A stretch of 64,000 nucleotides of DNA, taken from the NCBI GenBank assembly GCA_000004985.1, contig GG738864.1; one strand, given 5' to 3'. This document shows positions 45,788 to 55,604 of this stretch, one piece after another. Both the position numbers and the translations under genes were made by a program. The DNA is from Naegleria gruberi. Taxonomy: Eukaryota. Position 1 is the stretch's first letter; every line of letters starts with the position of its first letter. Below the pieces are notes generated by a model. The model searched no databases, had not been told where the DNA came from, and saw only the letters and a program-made list of their open reading frames with translations.

Positions 45788-47236
45788 CTAGAATGAGATT
45801 CTGAAACCTTCAGGACAAAATGGAACTGCCTTCATTATGAACCTTTCTGTTTGATCCACAAAGTAGAAGGACAAAGCATTTTCATCTCCAAGTTTCAAGC
45901 GATACACTCTTCCAATTGATGAGAAGAAGATATATTGACCATTAGGAGAGATTGAATACGAAACAGGTTGCATCAAATAGGTTTCATTTCCTCTCCTCCC
46001 TTCAAGTGGAACGACCAAGCTCTTTACCTTCGAGCCAACAATTGTCGTGATAATTCCTTTTGAGATTCTTCTAATGAGGTTATTTTTCGAATCAAATACA
46101 TACAAGTCACCATCATTGGTGTAGTGAATATCTTTAGGTTGATTGAAGAGTGTTTTTGAAGCGTCACTTTCTGTATTGTATCCAGACACTCCAGGAATAC
46201 CATAGAGAGTAGAAATGATGCCCTCCTTTGAAACTTTTCTAATAACATGATCTTGTGTATCTGCAATAACCATTTCGCCTTCAACACTGACAAAGAAGGA
46301 GGAAACTTCTTGAATTTTGGCCTCTGTTGCTGGAAGTCCATCACCCAAGCCACCTGCAACCTTGGTAAGAGTATTTCCTTTTACTTTCCATACGAAACGA
46401 GTTGGTTCGGTAAAGTAAATTTCATCTTCTGTTTCACCAAAACAGAGAGAATCAATTGAAACGAATCGAGTTTCCAAAGGGTTGGAATAAGAAGTAGTTG
46501 TAGCATCAGAACCAACAATTCTCACCAATTTACCATCCACAACCTTACTCACAAACATTTCATGGGCAACATGTATTTCATCCTTACTGTTAATCAAAAC
46601 AGATGATGGCATTTTCACATCGATAAACCTTTCCCAAGTTCCATCTGTTTTAAGCTTGAAAAGGAATGATCCAAATTTTAAGGCAATAATGAAATCACCA
46701 TTTGAAAGTACATCAAAGGATGAAATAGAGGAGGTTTTATCTTGACGAACTAGTTCCGTTTGACTAGTTACGGCTTTGACAATAGTCAAAGAATCTAGAA
46801 GGCATAGATAAATATCACCATTATCCATTATTTTCATTTTACCTGGCAAAACTATTCTAGATAGATGCTCATATTTGGAATTTACCTTAAGGGTTTCCAA
46901 ATTCAAAATTTTTAAACTATTGCCCTCAATAAAGAAAATCTGACAATCCTTTTCAGTTAAAGAATAAATTTCACACTACAATATTTTTCTGGCCAATTTC
47001 TTATTAAACGACTTGAGGGGAGCTGTGCTTAATTTCCAGCCAAAATTTTTGTAATGATGAGCCGTCTTGTTGTTGTCGTTTAGTGGGATGAAATATTGTG
47101 GTGCTCTTTCCTTCATCCATACTGGTTCTCCAATCACCGAATTTGTACCTTCTTCATTATCGGGAGAGATTGTTCCTCCAGCAATTCTCATGGTCCTCCA
47201 TCTTAATGGAATTTTGATTAGATGTATACAGCACAT
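45788..47236 (-). pseudogene. Truncated tandem paralog of the NHL-repeat gene. It is one continuous frame interrupted by an in-frame TAG at 46976..46978, and it has no signal peptide and no TM.
   Basis: ORFs 46976..47236 and 45788..46906 share a frame and are separated only by TAG. The N-terminal piece MRIAGGTISPDNEEG... matches the ISTIAGGETLLSPDELPIGRP region of gene 42224..45532. The C-terminal ~250 aa align with that gene's last NHL blades (MVIADTQDHVIRKVSKEGIISTLYGIPGVSGYN matches ILIADSGHHVIRKVSKNGIMSTLYGIPGVHGYN). No splice removes the stop. Confidence 0.55.
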
Positions 47237-47304
47237 CTAATTTTTAACTCTAAGGCAACGCTGTTTTTGTCTGTATATGAAGAATTTATTTTTATGAATG
47301 TGAA

Positions 47305-47375
47305 GCGTCGATGGTTTAGTGGTAGAATACGGCGTTGCCATCGCCGTGACCCGGGTTCAATTCCCGGTCGACGCA
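47305..47375 (+). tRNA. tRNA-Gly (anticodon GCC)
   Basis: The 71-nt sequence is GCGTCGATGGTTTAGTGGTAGAATACGGCGTTGCCATCGCCGTGACCCGGGTTCAATTCCCGGTCGACGCA. It has a 7-bp acceptor stem GCGTCGA/TCGACGC, a D-arm, the anticodon loop TTGCCAT and a T-arm GGGTTCAATTCCC. A T-run (TTTTT) lies about 15 nt downstream. Confidence 0.88.
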
Positions 47376-47993
47376 TGAATTATCTTTTTATTCATTCTTT
47401 TTTGAAGTAATTTGAATTATTTTTCTACCACTCATAGAAGACATGTATTTGTACAATAATCTGTATTTTCTCTCAATTTAGAACAGTAATCATCGAGATA
47501 TTCACCTCCTTCCAAATAGCATTTTTTAACCTAAAAAATATGCTAAAAAAAGATGCCTACTAACTTTTTAACAACAACAATACAGATTCAATCTATTGAA
47601 AATCTCCTTGAAAACATGCCGTCAACATGAATTCTAATCACCAATGGATTTTAACGATTCCCAATGAGGATATTCTTTACCAACCTGGTCATTGTGAAAT
47701 GAAAATCGCCAAAAACAATATAGAGATAATGGCTAATTCTCATCTTGTCTTCAATTTTTAACAATGATTGGTTAAGGGTTTGAGATACCAAAAATCTTCA
47801 CTCCTTCAGCGAAAAATTGCCCGAAGCGGCATTGCACACAAATAAGAAACCTTAGAAAATACACATTTAAGAACATCTCTTTGAGAGTTGAAATTGCCCG
47901 AGTCTTTTAATATTTACTAAGGACCAAAAAAACAACACAACAAGTACTGAGCAAATTCCATCTTCTGAACACCAACAAACCTTAATCAACAAC

Positions 47994-48725
47994 ATGGGAA
48001 GTTTTACAAGTGCTATCATTAAACACTTTGAAGAGGAATACAGATTTGAGGAACATTATAGAAATAGACCTCCTATTAAACCACTTGAATCACTTTCACA
48101 TCACCAACAAGTGAAAATGAATTTTCATCAACCTCAACAGCAACCACTTCACAACACGACTTGCTACTCTCGAAAGAATAGCCTTGGAATTGTCAGCACT
48201 AGTATAAGCAGCTCGAATACAAGCTCCACCAGTAGCACAAGCACGAGCAGTATTAGCAACAGTACATTAAGACATGCCTCCTCCCGAATGTCAAAATATT
48301 TCATATCAAGTGATGATTCAAACAATCAAAATATATCACCAGGACCTGGTGGTTCAGGAACAATCATGAGAAAATCCTCAAAACCTGATCTATATAAGAA
48401 AATCCTCTCACCTGTACCAATAGATATTCCAGAATATCCAATAGAAGATTCTACATCAGATAACTCCTCACATTCCCTCCTGAAACAAAACTCACTTCCC
48501 TGTTTAAAACCAAATGGATGTGATAGATTGAAAGAAAAGACACTTACCAAGAGTAGGTCAATGCGAGAAAAGGGCTTGAAACAAATTAGATTTGCAGATG
48601 AGCCAGAAATTATTATGGAGAGAGTTGGCTCTGCTGATTCGCGTGCAGAGATGATGTTTAGCAAAAAGATGGTGCAACAACACGATGCTTCTTCTTCTGC
48701 ATCGACTGCTTCTAGAAAACAGTAG
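47994..48725 (+). CDS. Hypothetical Ser-rich protein (243 aa) with an MGSFTS N-myristoylation-type start and a KQIRFADE (RVxF-like) motif
   Basis: A real ATG is present. A long Ser/Thr tract is followed by the KQIRFADEPEI motif. Confidence 0.4.
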   Translation: MGSFTSAIIKHFEEEYRFEEHYRNRPPIKPLESLSHHQQVKMNFHQPQQQPLHNTTCYSRKNSLGIVSTSISSSNTSSTSSTSTSSISNSTLRHASSRMSKYFISSDDSNNQNISPGPGGSGTIMRKSSKPDLYKKILSPVPIDIPEYPIEDSTSDNSSHSLLKQNSLPCLKPNGCDRLKEKTLTKSRSMREKGLKQIRFADEPEIIMERVGSADSRAEMMFSKKMVQQHDASSSASTASRKQ

Positions 48726-48911
48726 CTGGGAAAAGGCTCACCCACCAAACTCACACATTGTTTAATGTTATCACTCTCAAACACAACCCCACAAACCTCC
48801 ATAACCACTACCTTAATCTGTACATAAATCTTAATTTATTTCTCAATGCACAGAAAAGTCCATTTGACACCGAAATCAAAGGCGCTTAATCGGAAGATCG
48901 TATGTCCATCT

Positions 48912-50180
48912 TTAGAGCTGAGCGAAAAAGTCCCTTGTTTGTTCGTCACTTGTGGACATATCGAGAGGTGGGCTATCTTCATCCATTAGATTGATTGAAT
49001 GTGGAGAGTCTGGTGATGTAGGCGAAATGCTGAATGTTGGTTGTGTTGGTTGAGAAAAACATGGGTTGGTAAATCTTCCCATTCCTGGATAATTTTCCAT
49101 GACTTCCATTCTCCTTACCATTTCTTCTTCTTCCATTTTCATAACATATCTACTATATTCTTCTTCTTCTTCCAGTCTTCTCATATTTATCATTCTTCTC
49201 CTTCCAAAACCTCCACCACCTCTAAAACGACGACCTACAGGATTATAGTCTCTTTCCATCATTCTCAAAGATTGGAAATCAGGATGGTCATCCATTGCAT
49301 CATATTGCTGATCAGATTGATTCATTGTTTTGAATGAATTGGTAGCATTGGAAAACTTGCCAATAAATCCCTTTTCTTCATTTTCCTTCAGGTAGACATG
49401 CAAAGGTTGTTTGAGATTTGACTCTATTCTCTTCACATTGTTATAAAAAGCCTTGAGAGCATTTCTCTTGGATTCGTCAAGCCTCTTTGTCTGAAAGTTA
49501 AAGTTGAAATTCAAAGCCTTCTCCTCTCCTTTATCGTCACAATGATTCTTCTTTTTGATAGTTCTTCTGACAAAGTGACCCTTTGGTGGTGCAACATTTC
49601 TTTCAATCTTACGAGGTGAAATATGATATGGATCAGTTGATGATGATGATGACTCCTTTCCAAACTCTATGAATGCAAATGAATCATCTTGTTCTTCTCT
49701 AGCTAATGATAATGCTGATTCGAATGATTGTCCCATAGAGAAGAATGGAGATTCATGCGATGAGGCTGTTTGCTGCTGCTCCTCCAACTCCTCTTTAGTG
49801 TAGAGTTTCGTATCAACTTTGAATAGGCTCTCATCTTCACAATAGAGAGAAGAATAAGGCTTGTTCGATTGTTCTGCAGAAGGACCTCCACCACCACCAT
49901 ACGAACGAATCATCGAGTTGTTGTTATATCTTAGAGGTTTTACCATAGTAGTATACAGAGAGAAAGGTGTGTTTGTTGTTGAGGTGTTTTTTTCGAGTTG
50001 GAGTTCTTGGCTTTTCTGTGTTTGAGGCTGTTTTTCAATGTAGTGAATCAAGGCTGACTCGCTAAGAGTATTGTTATCGGAGGAAGAAACAAGCCTAATT
50101 TTCAATTCTCTCTCTTTAATGAGAGGCAATTTCAATTTGAAAAGGTGTAGTGACAATTTGTGGAACACTGAGAATATCAC
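48912..50180 (-). CDS. Hypothetical protein, terminal exon (422 codons); the 5' exon was not found
   Basis: The tool's start is GTG. No ATG lies between the upstream in-frame TGA and the GTG, and there is an acceptor-like ...cacacag|ATC site at about 50195. The product is Gly-rich and acidic with no recognisable domain. Confidence 0.35.
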   Translation of the reverse strand: MIFSVFHKLSLHLFKLKLPLIKERELKIRLVSSSDNNTLSESALIHYIEKQPQTQKSQELQLEKNTSTTNTPFSLYTTMVKPLRYNNNSMIRSYGGGGGPSAEQSNKPYSSLYCEDESLFKVDTKLYTKEELEEQQQTASSHESPFFSMGQSFESALSLAREEQDDSFAFIEFGKESSSSSTDPYHISPRKIERNVAPPKGHFVRRTIKKKNHCDDKGEEKALNFNFNFQTKRLDESKRNALKAFYNNVKRIESNLKQPLHVYLKENEEKGFIGKFSNATNSFKTMNQSDQQYDAMDDHPDFQSLRMMERDYNPVGRRFRGGGGFGRRRMINMRRLEEEEEYSRYVMKMEEEEMVRRMEVMENYPGMGRFTNPCFSQPTQPTFSISPTSPDSPHSINLMDEDSPPLDMSTSDEQTRDFFAQL

Positions 50181-50451
50181 ATGGTCATAGATCTGTGTGA
50201 TTTCGAATAATATTAATCATCAAATAATTACTAAATTTTCACAAAGCCACCAACAATAATTCCAAATAATATAGTCAACATCAAAACCTAATAATCCACA
50301 TGTGATCTTCCTCTCTGCCCTTTTCATAGGATTCCAACATGTTCATCCCAAAATTCCCTTCACCCCAGCTTCACCATCATGAGATGACGCTCATAAACTT
50401 TCAAGTACTCGTCATGATCCAGAAAGTTATTTTTTTATAAAATTTAAAAAA

Positions 50452-50551
50452 ATGATCTTTTCCACAGCTGTTTCCATGACTGCTCACAAGAGCAATAAGA
50501 TTCTCTCTGGTAGACCAGCAGCATTGAAGATGATGATCCAAGGTTCTTCAG
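50452..50551 (+). CDS. mcu: Mitochondrial calcium uniporter (MCU) homolog, exon 1, with a presequence-like N-terminus
   Basis: ATG 50452 gives MIFSTAVSMTAHKSNKILSGRPAALKMMIQGSS. The donor is TCA G|gtaggt. Confidence 0.6.
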
Positions 50552-50829
50552 GTAGGTTTTGATCATGTTTTATATTGTTTGTTTAAATATATTGATGAAC
50601 ATTTTTTACCAATCATGATGGAATTTTTTGTATTCCTCCATTTGCTCTCTTCTTTGATCATTGTCATCATTTGATGATAATATATTTACACTGCTATAAT
50701 AATAATGGATCTTTATGATGATTAATTTCACTATGATCTTCATGTTAAAACAATATCTCTCATCAAATAATAATAATATTTCTTGATCATCGACCAAAAT
50801 ATTTACTCTACAAACAACAATAATAACAG

Positions 50830-51689
50830 CAAGAAACTTCTCAACATCCATGAATGCTCTCAACTTCTCGGATAATAGTGATATCAGAGCTATTGATAGA
50901 CATACTAGAATCCAAACTTTCAAGGACTTTTTAAACAAGGATAACAAAATTTCTATACCAAGAGAAGAATTCTACAAACTTGCTCAAGAAAAGGTCAAGG
51001 TCACTAGGGAAGAAGCTGAAACATTGTTGGAACAATTCAACAACTCAGCTGATGTATTAATATTGCCAGATAATGAAGCTTTGAAGGAACTCGTTATCCT
51101 CAAGCCTCACCTCATCACTAATCGTCTCTTGCAACACTTGAATGTTGATGTTGTGGAACAAGAAATTGAAATGAGAAGAGATTCATTGTTACAATTGGAA
51201 AAGGATCTTATTCCACTCCGTCGTGTAAAGGAAGAATGTGACAGAAAGGCAGCCAAATCTGTCAATAGAATTTTGTGGGGAGGTTTGGGTTACTTGTGTA
51301 CTCAATCTTTCATTTTGGCTAAAATGACTTGGATTGATTATGGTTGGGACGTTGTCGAACCAATCACTTACTTTGTAACTTTTACTACAGCAATGGGTGG
51401 TTATATTTACTTTAGTTTACAAAAGCGTGATTATACCTATGAAAGTGCTACTGAAGTTATTTTACACAAGAGACGTTTGAAGTTCTACAAGCAAGCAAAC
51501 TTTGATTTTGAAAAGTATCAAGAATTGGCCAAACAATATAATTATACCGTTTCACAAATTGAAGCTAACATTAAGCTTGTACACGGAATGGTTCCACTCA
51601 AGTGTGAGGAATTATTGCACGATATTAAGGAACAAGCTTTGAAGGAATATCAAGAAAGAAAGGTTTCTCCATCATCTGTTCTCCACTAA
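50830..51689 (+). CDS. mcu: MCU homolog, exon 2 (coiled coil - TM1 - filter - TM2 - coiled coil)
   Basis: ILWGGLGYLCTQSFILAKMTWIDYGWDVVEPITYFVTFTTAMGGYIYF aligns to the MCU region [49 protein letters not shown]. The acceptor ...aataacag|CA follows a ~278-nt intron. Confidence 0.75.
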
Positions 51690-51708
51690 ATTGTACATCT
51701 AGAATCAT

Positions 51709-52517
51709 TTATTTAATAAATTTACTCGAATACCCTCCTGAGGAAATGGTAGAGTATTTGATCCATTTCACACAATTTGCTTGTTCAATGTCAAACGTTT
51801 TCAATTTGAGTTTAGTCATTCGTTTCTTTGGCACTTCAAATTTCACGAGATGGACAGATGAAACAAGCTTTTTGTAGTTCTCTGGATCGAGGGGTTTCTG
51901 CATGATAAGTTTTACAGTAAGGCACTGCTCTTGCTCACCTGGTATATTGTCCAACTTCCACAAGACGTATTTTTCCTTTTCCAAGTAAATTTGTTGACTT
52001 TCCACTTCCTCCTCTGCTAGATCTCTTACATCCCGAGAGAAGTTACAATTACAATTGATAATCTTTTCATTTCGAGGCAGTGGAACGAGAAGATGAACAT
52101 TCTTTGCCTTCATTGCCGCTTTGTAATCAGATTTGAGTCTCACCACAACCTCCATAACAAATTCATTTACCTTTCTAATGTCCCAATAGATTCTGAATGG
52201 TATTTTCATATTTTCATTATAAGCCACTCTATAGTTCGCCAATACGAATTGTCCTTCATGAGCTATAAATGAGAATTTTCCATCCTGAAATAGTGTTGAA
52301 TTGACTGCATTGGCATGTAAATTCATATAGGTCAAATTCTGATACTTCTTATTGAGTTCAACTTTTACAATTGGTTTTGTATCAATATATGACTTCACCT
52401 TGATATATCCCAACACTTCAATTTTAAACATTTCTCCATTATTTCCCATTTCACAAATTACCTTTTCAATGACATCAACAAATATTTCATTTGTTTTAAT
52501 TGTTACTGGTCTTTCAG
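51709..52517 (-). CDS. apm4: AP-4 complex mu subunit, exon 4 (mu-homology domain)
   Basis: The C-terminal mu-homology domain ends ...VKWIKYSTISSGGYSSKF, which matches the family's WVRYITQNGDYQLR end. Confidence 0.7.
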
Positions 52518-52566
52518 CTGGTACCATTAGTTAATATTGCAATAATCACAAATGATATCAACTTAC

Positions 52567-52714
52567 AGGCCTCTGCAGATGCAACACTAGGTTGGAAATA
52601 ATCAAATAATAAAGTATCTGGAGGTTCTTCTATTTGTTTTGGAAGGGTTACTATCAATTCCGATAAATTTAAAGTATCTTGTACATGACCTCCTTCCAGA
52701 GTTTCATCAATTAT
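52567..52714 (-). CDS. apm4: AP-4 mu, exon 3
   Basis: IIDETLEGGHVQDTLNLSELIVTLPKQIEEPPDTLLFDYFQPSVASAEA matches AP-4 mu [24 protein letters not shown]. GT-AG introns of 79 nt and 49 nt flank this exon. Confidence 0.6.
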
Positions 52715-52793
52715 CTAATCATCGAGATCGAGGCAATAATTCAATAATATTATTAATACTCTTAATATTAATATTCTTAATATATCAACTCAC

Positions 52794-53071
52794 CTCATAA
52801 ATTAAATCCTGATTAATCCAAACCTTCTTCTCACTCAACACTCCTATATAATCATTAATTACTAAATACAATCGATCGAGATATTCAATCGGAACAGAGG
52901 GTGAAATATTCTGTCTACTCGTACACATGAAATACAAATCATTTCTCTTAATATGAAAGAATGTTATACCAAATATCACAAAGCAAGAGGGTGCATTCTC
53001 TCCCTTCTCCTTTGCAGCCTTAATCCTCCTGAAGAATATATCCTGAACATTATCTATAATATCGTGCCTTA
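52794..53071 (-). CDS. apm4: AP-4 mu, exon 2 (longin-like N-terminal domain)
   Basis: RHDIIDNVQDIFFRRIKAAKEKGENAPSCFVIFGITFFHIKRNDLYFMCTSRQNISPSVPIEYLDRLYLVINDYIGVLSEKKVWINQDLIYE aligns with the AP-4 mu stretch [52 protein letters not shown]. Confidence 0.6.
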
Positions 53072-53122
53072 CTATTTGAATTAACAGTATATTTCTGTAT
53101 AAAAATTACTTGAATAACTCAC

Positions 53123-53180
53123 AATTACGAGATATAATCTTATCCCCTCTATTGGACAATATACACACGTGTGTGATCAT
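53123..53180 (-). CDS. apm4: AP-4 mu, exon 1 (MITHVCILSNRGDKIISRN)
   Basis: It has a real ATG and the family's N-terminal pattern M-I-x-x-x-f-I-L-x-x-x-G-D. The 51-nt intron 53072..53122 removes an in-frame TAA and keeps the frame. Confidence 0.55.
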
Positions 53181-53629
53181 TGTGCTCTCTTGGTGATGAT
53201 CAGAAAATATTTTTTAAGCAAAATAAATTTCTATGAATAAGGGTGATAGTTTACTATTATTATTATTCATATTATTTATGATGTCCAATGGATGGGAATA
53301 CTGTATAATGATGTAATACATTATTCTAGAGGAAAAATACTTTCAAAAAACAACAATTTATTCAAATCATTTAAAAAAACAGTAGTTGCCTTCAGCGGTA
53401 TCTTTTCATTCCGCCAAAATTATTTTTAACGTTCATTTTCTTCCCGCCTTTCAAATCTCGCGCCAATTTTTTCACAACGCCTGTCAGAAATCACAATAAA
53501 TAATTCATCAATATTAATTTCTCTTTGAAAAAAAAATCAACAACATACAACTCTAACTCACAACATTACCTTGTGTGTCTAAGTACAAAAACTCCCAACA
53601 CTAAACAACAATAATCTAACTTTATACAA

Positions 53630-54988
53630 ATGACAAGAGAAATCATTTCCATCTCCGTAGGTCAATGTGGTAACCAAATTGGCCAACAATTCTGGAGAAC
53701 CATCTCCCAAGAACATGGATTATCAATGGATGGTCATTCAACCAACACTGCTTCTCCACTCGAAAAGGAAAATCTCGGTGTTTACTTCTCCGAATCATCC
53801 GACAGATATGTCCCACGTGCTGTTTTAGTTGATTTGGAATCAGGTGTTTTGGATTCTGTTAAATCCTCATCCCAAGGTCAATTATTCCGTCCAGATAACT
53901 TTATCAATGCTGCCTCAGGTGCTGGTAACAATTGGGCTAAAGGTTTCTACACTGATGGTACTGAATTAATTGATGAAATTATTGATACTATTAGAAAGGA
54001 AAGTGAATCATGTGATAGTTTGCAAGGATTCCAATTAACCCACTCATTGGGTGGTGGTACTGGTTCTGGATTAGGTACCTTGTTAGTCTCCAAAATTAAG
54101 GAAGAATTCCCAGATAGAATGTTGGCTACCTTCTCAGTTTTTCCAAGTGCTAAAGTTTCTGATACCGTTGTTGAACCATACAATGCTACTTTGAGTATTC
54201 ATCAATTGATTGAAAATGCTGATCAAGTTTTCACTATTGATAATGAAGCTCTTTTTGATATTTGCACAAAGAGTTTGAAATTGGCAACTCCAAACTTTGA
54301 AGATTTGAATCAATTGATTGCTTCTGTCATGTCTGGTGTTACTTGTAGTTTGAGATTCCCAGGTCAATTGAACTCTGATTTGAGAAAATTGAGTGTTAAT
54401 TTGGTTCCATTCCCAAGATTGCACTTCTTTATGGTTTCAAATGCTCCAATTGTTGCTGAATATAACAAGCAATACCATAACTTGTCAATTGCTGAATTGA
54501 CTTCTCAAATGTTCTCCAGAAAGAATATGTTTGCTGCCTGTGATCCAACTTCAGGTAAATACTTGGCTGCTAGTGCCATTTTCAGAGGAGCCAACTTGTC
54601 AACCAGTGATATCGATCAACAAATGTTGAGTCTCCAAACCAAATCCAAAGATAATTTTGTTTCATGGATTCCAAACAATATCAAATCATCTGTTTGTGAT
54701 GTAGCTCCAAAGAATTTGCCAGTTTCTGGAACTTTCATTGGTAACACAACTGCCATTCAAGATGTTTTCAAGAGAATTGGAACTCAATTCCATCAAATGT
54801 ATAAGAAGAAGGCCTTCTTGCATTCTTATATTAATGAAGGAATGGACCAAATGGAATTCACTGAAGCTGAAGCTAATATGAATGATTTGATTAATGAATA
54901 TCAACAATATCAAGATGCTACCATTGAAGATGATGTTGATGGTGGTTTTGGAGGTAATGCTGATGATGAATTGCAACAACAAGAATAA
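53630..54988 (+). CDS. tubB: Beta-tubulin, a highly divergent single-exon gene
   Basis: The motifs are [28 protein letters not shown] and [34 protein letters not shown]. By eye it is about 65% identical to canonical beta-tubulin. It has an extra Thr after Met1 and an acidic C-terminal tail. Confidence 0.9.
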   Translation: MTREIISISVGQCGNQIGQQFWRTISQEHGLSMDGHSTNTASPLEKENLGVYFSESSDRYVPRAVLVDLESGVLDSVKSSSQGQLFRPDNFINAASGAGNNWAKGFYTDGTELIDEIIDTIRKESESCDSLQGFQLTHSLGGGTGSGLGTLLVSKIKEEFPDRMLATFSVFPSAKVSDTVVEPYNATLSIHQLIENADQVFTIDNEALFDICTKSLKLATPNFEDLNQLIASVMSGVTCSLRFPGQLNSDLRKLSVNLVPFPRLHFFMVSNAPIVAEYNKQYHNLSIAELTSQMFSRKNMFAACDPTSGKYLAASAIFRGANLSTSDIDQQMLSLQTKSKDNFVSWIPNNIKSSVCDVAPKNLPVSGTFIGNTTAIQDVFKRIGTQFHQMYKKKAFLHSYINEGMDQMEFTEAEANMNDLINEYQQYQDATIEDDVDGGFGGNADDELQQQE

Positions 54989-55312
54989 TTTTAAAAAGTT
55001 TTAATTTTCAAGAATAAGAAATTGTGTGTCTAGTAGTGTATTTTATGGAATATTCTATGGATTGTCTCGATAGAATTTGTAAATATGCTAATTCATGTAA
55101 TAAAAAGAGAATCTGCTAGGTTTTTAAAGTTTATTTGTCGAGTTTATTAGATGTGAAACTAAACTATTTGGCTTAACAGATTTTTTAATTATCTGGAGAC
55201 GAAAATGGATAAATACTAGAAAATACACATCCAAAATTGGTATTCTTCTTTCTTTGCCAAATCACAATCCACAAACACTTTCAAAAATTTAAAAAAACAA
55301 AATTCGAAACTA

Positions 55313-55558
55313 ATGTCCTCATCGTCAGTTAAGAAAATTTGCATTCTCAATGGCTCTGGTCGTTTGGGAAGACACATTATCCAATCACTCACCACCGTAA
55401 GAGAACATTCGGTTGGATCCGAAAGTGATTTCTCCAATTTGAGAATTGAAACTTATTGTAAGGAAGATCGAGTTGATTCATTGAAGAATGAAAGTTATGG
55501 ATCAAAGATTGATAAGATTATGATTGATAGAGTTGATAAGATGGATTTGAAAACAATG
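55313..55558 (+). CDS. NmrA-like / PadA-like NAD(P)-binding protein, exon 1
   Basis: It has a real ATG and a Rossmann motif ICILNGSGRLGRHI. The donor is ATG|gtaagt. Confidence 0.6.
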
Positions 55559-55604
55559 GTAAGTTTGTTAAGCCACTTTAGAATATACTTATAGTTTCGA
55601 ATAG

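Noticed and set aside
47222-47410. Plus-strand 62-aa ORF
   Set aside because: It is entirely explained by the tRNA-Gly gene and its flanks.
53072-53122. A 28-nt intron (gtgagt…tacag) for AP-4 mu intron 1
   Set aside because: It would leave T+AA = TAA at the junction. The 51-nt intron ending at …caaatag gives an in-frame L-RHDIIDNVQDIFF continuation that matches the family.
53947-54982. Minus-strand ORFs 53947..54183, 54134..54424 and 54686..54982
   Set aside because: They are antisense to the beta-tubulin CDS.
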